Below, in pieces: positions 1 to 12,639 of a DNA stretch of 64,000 bases. The stretch is taken from contig JAUCBJ010005732.1 of NCBI GenBank assembly GCA_032718475.1, positions 1-64,000 on the forward strand, given 5' to 3'. Origin of the DNA: Nemertoderma westbladi. Taxonomy: Eukaryota; Animalia; Xenacoelomorpha. Both the position numbers and the translations under genes were made by a program. The stretch's first letter is position 1. Each line of letters starts with the position of its first letter. Under the pieces are notes generated by a model. That model was not told where the DNA came from and did no database searches. It saw only the letters and a list, made by a program, of their open reading frames with translations.

Positions 1-36
1 TATATCTACTGCCTACTGGTACTTCAGTACTTTACA
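1..36 (+). repeat. 3' end of the 5' LTR
   Basis: TATATCTACTGCCTACTGGTACTTCAGTACTTTACA matches 5336-5371 with 1 mismatch and ends in CA. Confidence 0.9.
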
Positions 37-48
37 TGGCGCTGCGAA
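37..48 (+). promoter_or_regulatory. Primer-binding site, tRNA-Ser-like
   Basis: TGGCGCTGCGAA immediately after the LTR CA; resembles the complement of a tRNA-Ser 3' end (TGGCGCTGTGAG). Confidence 0.7.
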
Positions 49-250
49 TCTGGAAATACAAATACACTGCGGCACTACACACTACAAGATGGAACAAATA
101 AATAATAGGTCTTAAAACTTAACTGGTCTACAAACAATACTGCAATAGGCCTACCCCATCATTGGTTAGCCAACAAGATAACCTACAATCTACAGCTCTA
201 CAGACATATAGGCCTACCAATAGGCCTATAACCTAGCCTACAACAGCAAC

Positions 251-3200
251 ATGACGGATACCGGCACCGGTACCGGTACTACAGCTACATCTATTACAGC
301 AGCCAAATATTCGCGATCAGCCTTCAAGGGACGTGTTACTACAGCAATGAGACGCCTTGAGGACTCGCTACAAAAATATACCACCATGGACCATGAACAA
401 TTAACGCCATTAATAATTGAAGCAGTAACAAGCCGATTAACAGATTTTCAAATGGCTGCAAACAAATATTTCGAAGCACACCACAATGTCCAGGTGTTAG
501 AACCTACAAAGGATGGTGACAAAGAAACATTATATGTGAATTCACTGGAAGATAATGTTGTAGAATTCCGCGACCGGGTTCAAGAATTAAGTTACCGGTA
601 CTCAAGTACTTTGAACATTTTAAATCATTCTCAGGTTAGTGATGTTAATACTAATGGTAGGCCTGCTGATCCAGTAGCTACCGGTACACATATTAAAAAT
701 CCACGCATAGATCGAACCTGTCAGCCAGATCGTCTGAACAAAGACGTTTCTCTTGCAGACTACAATACATGGAAAATTAATTTCCTCCAATTTTTCCGTA
801 TAAATGCGATGCAACACATGGAGCATGATTACCAAATTGCTCAACTTCAAGCATGTATTTCTCCAGAATTACAAACTACAAGTCGTCTGTCCCTTAATGT
901 CACACCACAACATACTGTTGATGAAATTCTGGACATTCTCCATGAATATTACAAAAAAAAATGTAGTTGGATTCGCAGATGTGTCGAATTCAACAGTTGT
1001 CATCAGGTCGCTGGTGAACCATTTAATGATTTTTTTGTTCGCCTGCGTGGCCTGCAAGAATTAACTGAACCATGCCACAGATGTATAGACCGCAACTTAA
1101 TGGTCCAAATATGTCAAGGTGTCATAAACATTGAACTCCAACGGAAATTATTTGCTTTACAAATGGGACACCCTACCTTAGATGACGTTAGAAATGAATG
1201 TATTGCATTTGAACACGGTGACCATGAATCAAATGTTTCCAAACAACCAAACCGTGATCAATTAATACACAATATACAAACAATTTCATCCCCAGATGGG
1301 GCTGTTGAAATACCGGTACCACAATATACATTTACTATTGATGAAATTCGAGAAACAATGTTAAATAGTAAAGGTACTGATTCTGATATAATTCATGCAC
1401 TTCAAGTTTTAAAAACGCAACAACTTCCAGCACGGTCAAAGAAAACTTACCCTATTTATAGGGGTAAAGGCAATACACAAACCCAATCTACATTCTCAAA
1501 AAGTACTTCATCAAAAAGCCGGAATTGCCCTTGGTGTGGTGGACCATCACCACATGAAAATAATAGACAAAACTGTCCAGCCAGTGGGAAATTATGTGTC
1601 AATTGTGGGAGAAAGGGACACTTTTCATTTGCTTGTAAAGCAAACCCAGCTATGCAATCTTTTCAACAACGACAAATTAATCAAATTGAATATAATAAAC
1701 AATGCGATGAAGGGGATGATGACAGTGACCAATCATCCTATGTTTATCGTGCTGGCGTTAATATTAATGTGATTTCAGATGAAGTTCATATTACTCAAAT
1801 TAAATTTTCACATTCTGCACCATTGATACGAATTAATGTATGTGGAACACAAAATAATGCCATTTTTGTTTGTGACTCACTTCCAGATACTGGTGCAGAT
1901 GCCCCAATCGTACCATATGGTCTAATAAAAGACAATGATTTAATAATGGAGATTAAAAAATCTCACAAGCCGAAGGTATTTGCTGCAAACGGTACTGTAA
2001 TCCAATCCATTGGTATCATAACTTTAAAATTACATTACTATGGACATAAGGCTATAATCAATGCAGTGGTTACTGAAACAGCATCTACCTTTTTGCTACC
2101 CTGGTTTACCCTGAAACAATTAAAAATCATACCAGAATGTTTTCCCCTTCCATATATATTTCCAAAAGATAGCAGGGATCTTTATGTCCAAGAAGTATCA
2201 TCAGCTAATAATGTGCGATCAACATTATTAGATGAATATTCTGATGTCTTTGATACTGAACAGTTCCAGGCTATGGACATAACTCCAATGAAAATACACC
2301 TTAAACAAAATGCAATTCCATCTAAGATATATACTGCAAGAAAAATCCCTGTTCATCTAGAGGCAGACACAAAGGCAGAATTAGAAAATATGACCAAACT
2401 AGGAGTAATTAAAAAATTAGAATCTGATGCTGAACCCCCAGAATGGATTTCTCCAATGGTGGTTATACAAAAACCACGAGGTGGGATTCGAATATGTGTG
2501 GACTACACTGCTCTAAATCAATACATAGAACGCCCGGTACATCCATTTAAGTGTCCTGCTGATATCGTTGCAAATTTAAATAATGGGTGTCAGTTTTTCT
2601 CAACTTTAGATGCAGTGAAAGGATACTGGCAAGTTCCTCTTGAATTCAATAGCCAAAAATATACAACATTCCTAACTCCATGGGGTTGCTATGTTTTTCT
2701 TCGAGCCCCAATGGGCCTTAGTTCAACTGGTGATGTATATTGTATATGGGGAGATACAGCAATATCTGGAATCCCTTCAGTAGAAAAAGTTGTAGATGAT
2801 ATGCTGGTTCATACAGTTACATTTGAAGAACATGTGACTGTTGTGAGATCCATACTAGACCGATGTAGACAATACAAGATTACATTGTCAAAAGATAAAT
2901 TTATCTTCGCCCAGCCAGAAGTGGAATTTATTGGAATGCGCATCGGGCGAAATGGTATTCATGGTGATCCATTAAAGATGGAAGCTATTAGAGAATTCCC
3001 AATACCAAAAGACATTTCCATGTTGAAATCTTTTTTTGGTATTATTACACAACTTCAAATGTTTACACCAAATCTGGCTCAGATATCTGCACCATTACGT
3101 GGTTTGTTGAGCCCTAAGAATGCATTTGTATGGACCCATGATCATACACAAGCTTTCAATGCAACCAAAAATTTACTTACTTGTTTACCGGCCCTTCAAC

Positions 3201-4861
3201 CATTCGATAAAACATTACCAATTTCACTACACACAGATGCCTCTAAAGATGGTATTGGATATGTACTCATGCAAAAACATGACAGCAATTGGTGTATAGT
3301 AACCTGTGGAAGCCGTTTTGTCACTCCCACAGAGTCGAATTGGGCTGTCATTGAACGTGAGCTGTTAGCTGTTCAATGGGCAGTAACGAAATGCAGAGTA
3401 TATTTACAAGGTTGCCCAAATTTTTCTGTTAACACAGATCATAAACCTCTAATCACCATATTAAATAGTAAAACATTGGACAAAATAGGTAATTTACGAC
3501 TTCAGAGAATCAAAGAAAAGCTTATTGGATATAACTTTACTGCTATATGGATACTGGGTAAGAATAATGGCTTTGCCGATGCTCTATCTAGAGCACCTGT
3601 ATCTCAACCTGATAAAGAGGATATAGATCAAGTAAATGAGATCATCACTCAAGTAAACGAAGTCATTACAGTAAATTCTAATGATATTGACCCATCGCAC
3701 ACTCTATTTACGAAAGCTGTTAGTGAAGATACCGAATATAAACTCCTTATTTCTCATATTATTTCTGGATGTTACAAGATACCTCAAGAGTTAATTATGT
3801 TCAAAAACATAATTAAAGACCTTTCAATATGTAATGAGCTAATCTTGTATGGAGATCGTATTGTTGTACCAAAAAAGGCCAGAAATGAGGTTCTGCGTCG
3901 ATTACATGTACCACATCAAGGAATTCGTCGATCCAAAGAAAGAGCCCGCCGATTATATTATTGGCCAGGAATGAATAGTGATATAACCAACACTGTTGAG
4001 AACTGTCATAATTGTCAAAAATATAGACCCAGTCAGACACCAGAACCAATGACTCTTGATGTTAATCCGACTCGACCATTTGAAAATGTCTCGACTGACC
4101 TTTGTAGCTATGGAAATAATATATATCTCATATATGTGGACCGTTTTTCTGGATGGCCAATAGTTATTTTGTTCAATAAACCTCCAACAACATCCCAAAT
4201 AACTTCAAAACTAATCGATCTGTTTTGTGATACAGGCGTTCCTGTGAAAATGCGATCAGATGGTGGATCACAATATGCTTCAGCAGAGTTCAATACTTTT
4301 TGCAACAATTGGCATATAGACCACACCCTTAGTAGTGCATATTATCCCCAATCTAATGGTCATGCCGAAGCTGGTATAAAATCAATGAAATCTTTAATTA
4401 AAAAATATACTTCAACTAATGGCCAATTAAATCATGAAGGATTCAAAGAAGCAATATTAGAGTGGAGAAATACTCCCCGTGATGGTGATACTCCAGCTCC
4501 TTCAGTACTACTATATGGAAGACTAATGCGCACTCGTCTCCCTGCAAGCAAAGAAGCCTTGGACTTTCAGTGGAATAAAGTATTTGACGAAATTGATAGA
4601 AAAATAGTGGATAAAAAACGTTGGGTGACAAAATCAAGATACGACTTACACACACATCCACTCAAACCTCTCTCCATAGGCACCTCTGTATTTGTTCAGG
4701 ATGTCAGGACAAAGTTATGGGATCGAGTAGGTCGAATAACTGATATAAGAGATAATGGTCATAGTTATTACGTTGCATTTCCATCTGGTCGTATCCTGCT
4801 GAGAAATAGGCGTTTTTTACGCCCAGAACCTTTGATAAATAGCAATATAAATGATAGATAA
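251..4861 (+). CDS. Gag-Pol polyprotein, intact, 1536 aa
   Basis: Two Zn knuckles (CPWC..H..C, CVNCGRKGHFSFAC), protease LPDTGAD, RT (IRICVDY, LDAVKGYWQ, PMGL, VVDD), RNase H (TDAS, ERELLA, TDHKPL, ADALSR), integrase HHCC plus D-D-E, C-terminal RNRRFLR. Confidence 0.97.
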   Translation: MTDTGTGTGTTATSITAAKYSRSAFKGRVTTAMRRLEDSLQKYTTMDHEQLTPLIIEAVTSRLTDFQMAANKYFEAHHNVQVLEPTKDGDKETLYVNSLEDNVVEFRDRVQELSYRYSSTLNILNHSQVSDVNTNGRPADPVATGTHIKNPRIDRTCQPDRLNKDVSLADYNTWKINFLQFFRINAMQHMEHDYQIAQLQACISPELQTTSRLSLNVTPQHTVDEILDILHEYYKKKCSWIRRCVEFNSCHQVAGEPFNDFFVRLRGLQELTEPCHRCIDRNLMVQICQGVINIELQRKLFALQMGHPTLDDVRNECIAFEHGDHESNVSKQPNRDQLIHNIQTISSPDGAVEIPVPQYTFTIDEIRETMLNSKGTDSDIIHALQVLKTQQLPARSKKTYPIYRGKGNTQTQSTFSKSTSSKSRNCPWCGGPSPHENNRQNCPASGKLCVNCGRKGHFSFACKANPAMQSFQQRQINQIEYNKQCDEGDDDSDQSSYVYRAGVNINVISDEVHITQIKFSHSAPLIRINVCGTQNNAIFVCDSLPDTGADAPIVPYGLIKDNDLIMEIKKSHKPKVFAANGTVIQSIGIITLKLHYYGHKAIINAVVTETASTFLLPWFTLKQLKIIPECFPLPYIFPKDSRDLYVQEVSSANNVRSTLLDEYSDVFDTEQFQAMDITPMKIHLKQNAIPSKIYTARKIPVHLEADTKAELENMTKLGVIKKLESDAEPPEWISPMVVIQKPRGGIRICVDYTALNQYIERPVHPFKCPADIVANLNNGCQFFSTLDAVKGYWQVPLEFNSQKYTTFLTPWGCYVFLRAPMGLSSTGDVYCIWGDTAISGIPSVEKVVDDMLVHTVTFEEHVTVVRSILDRCRQYKITLSKDKFIFAQPEVEFIGMRIGRNGIHGDPLKMEAIREFPIPKDISMLKSFFGIITQLQMFTPNLAQISAPLRGLLSPKNAFVWTHDHTQAFNATKNLLTCLPALQPFDKTLPISLHTDASKDGIGYVLMQKHDSNWCIVTCGSRFVTPTESNWAVIERELLAVQWAVTKCRVYLQGCPNFSVNTDHKPLITILNSKTLDKIGNLRLQRIKEKLIGYNFTAIWILGKNNGFADALSRAPVSQPDKEDIDQVNEIITQVNEVITVNSNDIDPSHTLFTKAVSEDTEYKLLISHIISGCYKIPQELIMFKNIIKDLSICNELILYGDRIVVPKKARNEVLRRLHVPHQGIRRSKERARRLYYWPGMNSDITNTVENCHNCQKYRPSQTPEPMTLDVNPTRPFENVSTDLCSYGNNIYLIYVDRFSGWPIVILFNKPPTTSQITSKLIDLFCDTGVPVKMRSDGGSQYASAEFNTFCNNWHIDHTLSSAYYPQSNGHAEAGIKSMKSLIKKYTSTNGQLNHEGFKEAILEWRNTPRDGDTPAPSVLLYGRLMRTRLPASKEALDFQWNKVFDEIDRKIVDKKRWVTKSRYDLHTHPLKPLSIGTSVFVQDVRTKLWDRVGRITDIRDNGHSYYVAFPSGRILLRNRRFLRPEPLINSNINDR

Positions 4862-5021
4862 TGTATGATAAATATATAAATGTAAGATTATTACAATAAA
4901 TGACTAAGAATGAAGATTGAATTAATTTTGAGTAATTTGTATTGTATTGTAATAGATTATGTTTAAGCTATTTTGAATATGAAAGATGGTATATAATTTA
5001 GAATCAAAAACTGAAAAGGGA

Positions 5022-5371
5022 TGTATATTATTTTAGAGTATATCTATATATATCGAGTCAAGATTATTGATTGTGTATTGATTATATATTTGGGACCATA
5101 TTTTTGTTAGAGGATTTAGTATGATTTTTTTTTTGTTTATTTCTGATCTTTTGAGTTCAAAGATCATGGGGGGAGGTGTACAGTGTTGATCTAAGTTACC
5201 CTTAAGTGATATTATATACTTATATATATGTAGGCCTACAGGCCTATGGAAAGTCAAGTATTCAATATATAACATAAGTACTTCTGTACTTTGTCATCTG
5301 GCAATCCCATATTTTCATACACAGCAGTCTGGCAGTATATCTACTGCCTACTGGTACTTCAGTACTTTCCA
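5022..5371 (+). repeat. 3' LTR, preceded by a polypurine tract (about 5013-5021)
   Basis: GAAAAGGGA then TGT at 5022; the end matches 1-36. Confidence 0.85.
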
Positions 5372-6206
5372 AAGTTTTGGACTGAGGGGGTGGGATTGAG
5401 GGCGAGACGCCCTTCCCACACATAAAAAAAAAATATAAAAAAAATAAAGAGAAAGTGATTATAGTACATAATAGGTACGCAGTAAGCAGATGGAAGTTAG
5501 ATAGTAGGAAATTAGTAGTAAGAGGGTACGTAGTACCACTAGTTAGATAGTTAGTTAAGTCAGAAGTCAGTAAGAGGGTACGTAGTACCGGTTAGTAAGA
5601 GTGGAGTTAGAGAAGTTAGTAAGAGGGTACGTAGTACCGGTTAGTAAGAGTAGAGTTAGAGGAGTTAGTAAGAGGGTACGTAGTACCGGTTAGTAAGAGT
5701 AGAGTTAGAGGAGTTGGTAAGAGGGTACGTAGTACCGGTTAGTAAGAGTAGAGTTGGAAGTTAGCAAGAGGGTACGTAGTACCGGCTAGTAAGAGTAGTA
5801 GTTAGTTTTAGAACTAGTTAGTAAGAGGGTGCGTAGAGTACCGTTAGTAGTAAGAATTAGTGGCAGGGGGATATAAAACATAGTATATAATAAGAGATAA
5901 GAGAGCACAACAGTAACCAGAAAGGTAGGTAGGGTTAATAGCACAAATTTAAAATAAAAATTAGGGATATTAGAATCACCTCCGAACTACAGAAGAGCCT
6001 TCAAGGTGGCCTTTGAAGGTCTGGTAGACCACCTGGGGCTGAAGGGCGAGTCGGTGTAATACAACGGCCGGCATCTAGTAGACTGGGAGGTGGATACACA
6101 TATCACATGGGAGAAGTTGGAAGTGGATAGATCTGGGGAGAAGCGACTGGAAGAAGTCGCCAGGGGAGAAAGGCCGAGAGAGAACGAGGCGCGTCATGTA
6201 GACGAG
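5372..6206 (+). mobile_element. Internal 3' region of an element related to the BEL/Pao-like element at 51-55 kb, with about 49-bp tandem repeats at 5510-5850
   Basis: 5376-5420 is nearly identical to the reverse complement of 52843-52888. It is followed by an A-rich tract and purine-rich repeats as in that copy. Possible LTR start TGTAG at 6207. Confidence 0.55.
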
Positions 6207-8559
6207 CATATAATATAACATATGATAATAATAACTTTATAATAATTATATAAGTAAATCACGTATGTATATTATAAAGTACGTACCGTAGTCAAGCACA
6301 ACCTTTTCCAATTAGCTACTGGGACTGGGGACTAATCGACCATGGTACTGTAGGTCACGGACGAGACGCTGACGACTTCATACTTCTTGAGTGCGACGGC
6401 ACCAGCCAGCCAGGCGCCAGCAGTCTGCCTGTAACTGTTAGCCAGGCCCCAGCAGTCTGCCTTTAACTGGTATCCAGACGCCCGCAGTCTGTCTGTAACT
6501 GGTACTGTAGCCAGTCGGCAGCGGTCTTTCTGTGACAGTTAATCATAAAAATATAATTTAAAGTGATAACTAACACACAGTGGTATCTATACTAAGGTAG
6601 TTTATTCATTGCATAATTAATTGCCTTTGTCAAAAGTGTATAAATAGGAGGAGTTTTAAGCATTAAAACCATTCTCTATCAGAAAATTATCATAACTTTA
6701 GTTACAAAGTTATTTACAAATACTGTAAAAATGTTACCCGTAAGTCTTAAACTATTTTCTCTGCTGTCAGCTCGTTTCCTACTCCAGGAAAGTTTATTTA
6801 ATGCATAAAGTATTCATTTAGCGTTGTTATCTGAATTATTCATTTAATGATTTGCTCACGTGAATAAAGAAACCTTTTATTAAGGATGTTAGATTTATTC
6901 ATCAAAACAAAAAAAAATGTTTTCTCACAGAATTATTCCACAAACAAAAATTGTATTTAAACGGTTAGCATCCTAGAGAGAGTGACAACGCATACATGAC
7001 TGTAGCCAACAGCTGTTTGACTGTCTCACAAACTGTCTGTTAGTTATTCAGTTCACATTTATTTTTGTTATTTGTCCGAGTATTGCAGACTGGTTTGCTA
7101 TTATTATGGCCTCCCCCAGTCTGATGTGTCCGGATATCCATATTGGTTGTCCAGTTGTCCTTTTTAGTTGTCTAGTTGTCCGTATAGGTTATCCCCGTCA
7201 CCACCATTTGGTGTCACCTTGTCCATAACAGGTCTCCCCATGTCGCGTTGGATATCCGTCTGTCCACGTCTGTTTCCCTGTCCACGTCTGTTTCCCTGGC
7301 CACATTTGCTGTCCCGTTGTCCCCACACCAATTGTACCCCAACTCATATCAGTTTTCTTGTAATATGGTAATATGTGGTGGATTTTTCAACATTTTAATG
7401 ACAAGCCCACTTTTTGGAGTAGCATGTAAAATAATATTAGCGATGATAACACTAAATAACTTAACTCCGGATATCCTGGGTTTGAATTTCCTTCCGGAGT
7501 TGTTTTAATGAATAACCATTAGCTTTCATGTCCCGACATAATAATTTAGTAAGGAAATTTTGTAAGGAAGGTATAGAAGTTATTGTCAATCATATTATTA
7601 CTATGTATTATAATTTCAGCTCTATAATATTCACCACCACCATATTTTACTTCATATGTATTAACTTTGCCAATTAAATCCCGTTGAAAATTCCTAACTT
7701 CTCTCTCGAAGTCAACCGCCCATGCCATATTGCTTTGTCATGCCGACAATATACAATTGCGTGTGTAATATCCATATCAATTGTTTAGAACATTTAGAAC
7801 ATCTATTTGAGATATTGCTGTTTTAATCCGTGAATAATAATCGGGTATAATAATAATCGCATAATAATGCAGTGATAATACAGTAATAAAGTAACAATAA
7901 AGAATAGGGCCTAGCCTACATCAGATGTCATGATATAGGATGCCTTGGGCTGAATTTTGAATAATAGAGAAGCTATTGAACCCCTAACCCTACAGTACAG
8001 GTAGGTATATTAAACAGCCTCTGCTTTTAAACATCCTCTGCCTATTGCTATAATAATAGGCTGATAATAGACCCCTAATAGCCTAAGGCAGGTATAGCGT
8101 ATAGATAGGCAGCGTCACTGAATTTATAGAATTTAAATTTCCCTCTACTACCAGAGAACTCAATATTCTCACTGGATTTTACACTTACCTTAGCAGCTCC
8201 CTACCACGCACCTTAACAAGCTACCACCGACCTTAGCATGCTACCACCGACCTTAGCAGTTAGCACGCTACCACCGACCTTAGCTTTTACCACGCACCTT
8301 AGGCATTCCTACTCATGACAGCATGAGCTACTGAACCACTTGAATAATGTTGTACATATAGCTATACCAAATGCAAATGAGAACTTAATGTAATCTTATA
8401 ACACATGAACCTATCAAATAATGCAAATTAATTCCAACTAAATAACATTTTGAAGTTTCACTGCTTTTGTGAGGATATAATTCCATAGAAATAATGACAA
8501 TAAAATTAGAAATCAGTAAGTAGTTATGTATACTTCACTATAAACCATTGATTATTATT

Positions 8560-9130
8560 ATTTTTATAGCGCATCTAAGAAATAGTTTTTTTAGATGCTT
8601 TGAAAAATTATTTTTATTTTTTATGTCTCTAATGTTTTTTGGCAAGTCGTTCCAGAGAACAGGACCCATATATTTCACGGAATTCTGAGCCACGAGTAGT
8701 CCGGTGGATGGGATAAAGAAACATCCGGTATTAGGAACCACGGGATTTGTGTGAGTGAATTGAGCTCAACTTATTAAAATATCTTGTAAATATCCCTACT
8801 TCTCATCTATGTTCGCTTTTATTTATATGAAATACATCGAGCATAAGCTTACATATTTCAGATTTGTAGATTTCCTGGAGAGGGAGTATATTGAGTCGCT
8901 TATACATAGGAACACATGAACTACGGGAATGATTAAAAGTTATTTTGCTAAATACGGGAAGGACACTGATTGGACGATAATTGGACGTATCCATTGGGTC
9001 TCTGTCTTTATATATGGGGAAATCTTTTGCACACTTAGGATGTCTGGAAAAAATCATTTAGATATACTCAGGTTGAAGAGGTAATTTAAGTGTATCGAGA
9101 GGGGTTTGTTAATTTAATTGGGAACGTATC
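8560..9130 (-). pseudogene. CR1/L2-group LINE ORF2 remnant, internally deleted
   Basis: PIYK..D...NYRPISVLPVFSKI is joined to C-terminal motifs LNILPLQEIY and GPVLWNDLP..IR. Confidence 0.8.
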
Positions 9131-9756
9131 ATTAATTCCAGATGACTGATTGAGTTGTAATAGAAGATATTCAACCTAAAAAGAAGAAAAATAAACTAAA
9201 AAATAGCAAACTGTTAAATTTTGCCTTTGGTTTGTTAATTCTGAAGCTATACAGGTGTTCAAGTTCGCTGATCACGATAGACCGCGTTAAAAATCATTCG
9301 AGGTAACGCAACAATCGTTTTGTTGTCCTCGTCTGGTATTGTTGCATGAATTCAGATTCCCTACTGCGTTAATGTCAACAAAAGTTATGATAAATGAGTA
9401 ACTGAAAATTTAAACAAAAAAAATACTCAGAACCAAATTTGAAAAAAATTAGTTTCACAATAAAATTATCCGAACACCAAAATGAATTGTTCAACATTAA
9501 AAACAATAACCCGAAATAAACAAATAAATGGACCCCAAAACAAGTATCCTATCAAAAACGAATGACAAACACCCAAAATAAATACAAATTTTCTCCAAAT
9601 TAAATTCATATCGAGAAAAATCATTTTGAAATTACCAATTGAGGGAAAGGAACAGTTTATATAGGTTGTACTTTCTAACAAAAATAATAAACAAATATCA
9701 TTAAAAGTTAATAAAAATGAGTAGGTTACAGTGTCAGCATACTACAATATATAAAT

Positions 9757-10790
9757 CTGGGGTGTGCCGGATATCCGGCCGGATTTTGAAAAAAAAATCC
9801 GGTTCCGACTCCGGCCGGATTTCAATTTTTTCGCCGGATTTCAATTTCAACGAATTGTTGACAAAATTTACAATTAATGTAAATTTTCTAAAAAAAAACA
9901 TCAAACTAAGTTTTATTTTAAATTAAAACAAATTTGAACATAAACAAATACAATGTAATACAAAACAATTATTTTCATAGTTGCATCCTATTTATTCATA
10001 TTATTATGAATGATAAAGTATGTAGCAGAGCTATTATTTTATGACTATCTACATGCTGAGCTGACCGACTACTTTTTACCAAGAATATTTTGTATTTGGT
10101 TGGGCTCAGCCTCACTAACACTTAATATATAATAAATAGTACATGTATGGCCATATACTAATTAAGCTTACCACCGTGAATGACCAGTTTATATATTCGA
10201 CAGGCAATTTAGAAACTAGTAAATCCAATTTAAATCAGAGAGTATATACAAAAACTACATCTATTATTTCTTCGTTCTATTTTTCAATGACCCTTTTATA
10301 TCAAATCAATCCATTATATCAAATATCAAATCGGCGTAGGTTATGGTACAAAAATATTAGTTTCTCTCCACGATCCGGAAGTAGACGAGAGCGTTTCTCA
10401 TCAAATACATTACCAGCCTCTACAAATATTCACTCGGAATAAATTGAAGACGCTGGTGATACTAAATATATGTACAAGTGTTTGTAAATTAGGAAATCCT
10501 AAATCTTACTAGGAAATCTTACGTTTAGTTGGGATAATTGACATATACTTACTAATCTACTTCTCAATTCATAATATTATTAAAGTCAAAGTCCTTATCA
10601 TGACCTTGCTGATAATGATCCAGCACGTTATCTATCGACGCAGGACCTAACACCCAAAGGAACAAATGACGTGGCACCCTCCCTCCCTCCATTTCTGTTC
10701 ATGCATAAAGGTACCATATAGCTGATTCAAGGAAAAAAATGGTGATATATAAAAAAATCTGGCTTTGGCCGGAATTCTGGCCGGAACGGG
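9757..10790 (-). mobile_element. Decayed hAT transposon with a C-terminal dimerisation-domain remnant (about 10325-10490)
   Basis: Minus strand translates YLVSPASSIYSE*IFVEAGNVFDEKRSRLLPDRGEKLIFLYHN. CCGG-rich subterminal repeats at 9757-9840 and 10760-10790. Confidence 0.75.
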
Positions 10791-11141
10791 AAATAATAGC
10801 AGCAAACTATATAGCAGAAATTGTGGAAGGGGGAGTTTACCAATTAATTATGCTAAATTAATTAATAAATGCTGAAGGTAATTAATTACCGATCCGGAAA
10901 TATAATAGATAAATAACTGTTTGAACTATTACCGGTATGTATTGCTTTTTTACACAATATATAGCGGAAAAAAATGTTTAAGAAGATTCCGTCCTACTGT
11001 GATTGGCCGTGACTTTTCCCCAATAATTTTCCCTCAATAAATACTAGCGCGATTCTGTAACGAGTAAAATTTATGTTGAGATAAATAATATATCTCGGTG
11101 AAATATATAAAAACTAAATTATTTAATTACTATGGCCGTTT

Positions 11142-11711
11142 TCAACCACCGTGATTCTCTCCAGTGATAGACTCTGTTTCATTCACATCGTTCATGTGAA
11201 AATCGAAACTTCCTTCTGCGCTCAGATAACTGCCACTTCCCTCGCTACGCTTGATGATGTCGCTGTACCATTCATACGGACCTGGCGGAGAATCCGTCGC
11301 TTTCCTTCTGTAATAAGGAAGTACCAGATCCGAGTTGGTACAGGCCACGGATTCCTTGTCTGAATAATCCTCACAAACATCGACAATAATATCCTCAAAT
11401 ATGGAGTGATCCATAGAGAGTGATCCATCCTCTTCTTCGTCTTCAACTATAACATCCATTGGTTCGTCGTCGATACCAACTATCTTATCTTCAGGAATAA
11501 CTTTCCTCCCAGACACTCTATTAGTCTTTTCCTTCATAAAATCTGGGGGTTCTATTGGCTTGGCTCTGAGTTCGTTAAAACCTAAAGACGTCAGCATCTC
11601 GAATTGTTCCTTCAAGGCCAACGATCGACGCCTATCAAAGATGCTCATTAACTCCCATTCGTTGTCGGTGAAATAGTGACGGATGGAATCGAACTCGGAA
11701 TCCATTGACAT
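11142..11711 (-). CDS. Intronless protein with an N-terminal PRDM9/SSX-type (ancestral) KRAB domain and an acidic tail
   Basis: FDSIRHYFTDNEWELMSIFDRRRSLALKEQFEMLTSLGF...PPDFM aligns by eye with PRDM9 KRAB FKDISIYFTKEEWAEM...RY...NY..L..IG...P.FM. ATG-started 189-aa ORF. Confidence 0.7.
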   Translation of the reverse strand: MSMDSEFDSIRHYFTDNEWELMSIFDRRRSLALKEQFEMLTSLGFNELRAKPIEPPDFMKEKTNRVSGRKVIPEDKIVGIDDEPMDVIVEDEEEDGSLSMDHSIFEDIIVDVCEDYSDKESVACTNSDLVLPYYRRKATDSPPGPYEWYSDIIKRSEGSGSYLSAEGSFDFHMNDVNETESITGENHGG

Positions 11712-12639
11712 CTCGGAGAGTTAATATATGATATAAAGTGATTTAAAAATACAATATATTATTACAATACAGTTGGAATTTTTGTTATTCTAAAAGTAGA
11801 ACATAAACTGCAAAACGAATATAAGTAATATATATATATCAGTAATACAGTAGGTACTGTAGTAGCTTGCTAAATTAAGCTATTGTATACGGTGGCTGAA
11901 AGCGGCTGTAGGATAGGTGTCATACGGGTCTGGTCTGGACGGTGTCTGTCGGTCTGTAAGTAGGTCGACGATTAACGCTATAAAAATAAACTACCGGAAA
12001 ATAAAAAAAATTAACGGAAACAAACGCTCGTGATTGGCGGTTTCCAATGTGGGAATTTTGAAACTCACTATAGTTTTGTACGGTTGTTTAAGTGGTATTG
12101 TATATGCAGCACCCTGGTTTAGTGGTGACATTCCTGGTCTCCCAATCATTCCTAGCCCAAACCTGGCTTTCATCCTTATATGGTGGATAAAGGGGAACTT
12201 ACTGTGGAAGATCGCTTATATTGGTAAACAGGCATTCATTGGCTTAACGAGCCTAAAAGATTCTCCCATTCATTAAGTGGTGGTATTCACTTACAACATA
12301 AAGTTAATGTTTATTTTACTGTGTAATATACTTTATTTTACATTAATATCTGTCTGTACAATATATTTTTCGTAATTTTTACTCTATTTTAAACATCAAC
12401 CGTACAAATACAGAAATGTTGATTGCATTTGTACCGTTATGTAGTCATTTGAATATACTGGAGGATGAGGTGACAAAGTCAGGTGGGATAACTACTACTA
12501 TAATCGGCCTGCTGCATTTAAACTGCACATTGAGATGCTATGCCAGCTTAACAAAAACATATTCTCACCATCATGTAATCCACAATTGACAAGCCCACTT
12601 GAGCATGCATTAAGAATGCTATGCCAATCAAAGTTGCAC

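Larger units (their letters stand above)
1..5371 (+). mobile_element. Ty3/Gypsy LTR retrotransposon (Mag-like); 5' LTR cut by the window edge
   Basis: 1-36 is repeated at 5336-5371 (LTR end). PBS directly after the 5' LTR, PPT before the 3' LTR, single gag-pol ORF in PR-RT-RH-IN order. Confidence 0.95.
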
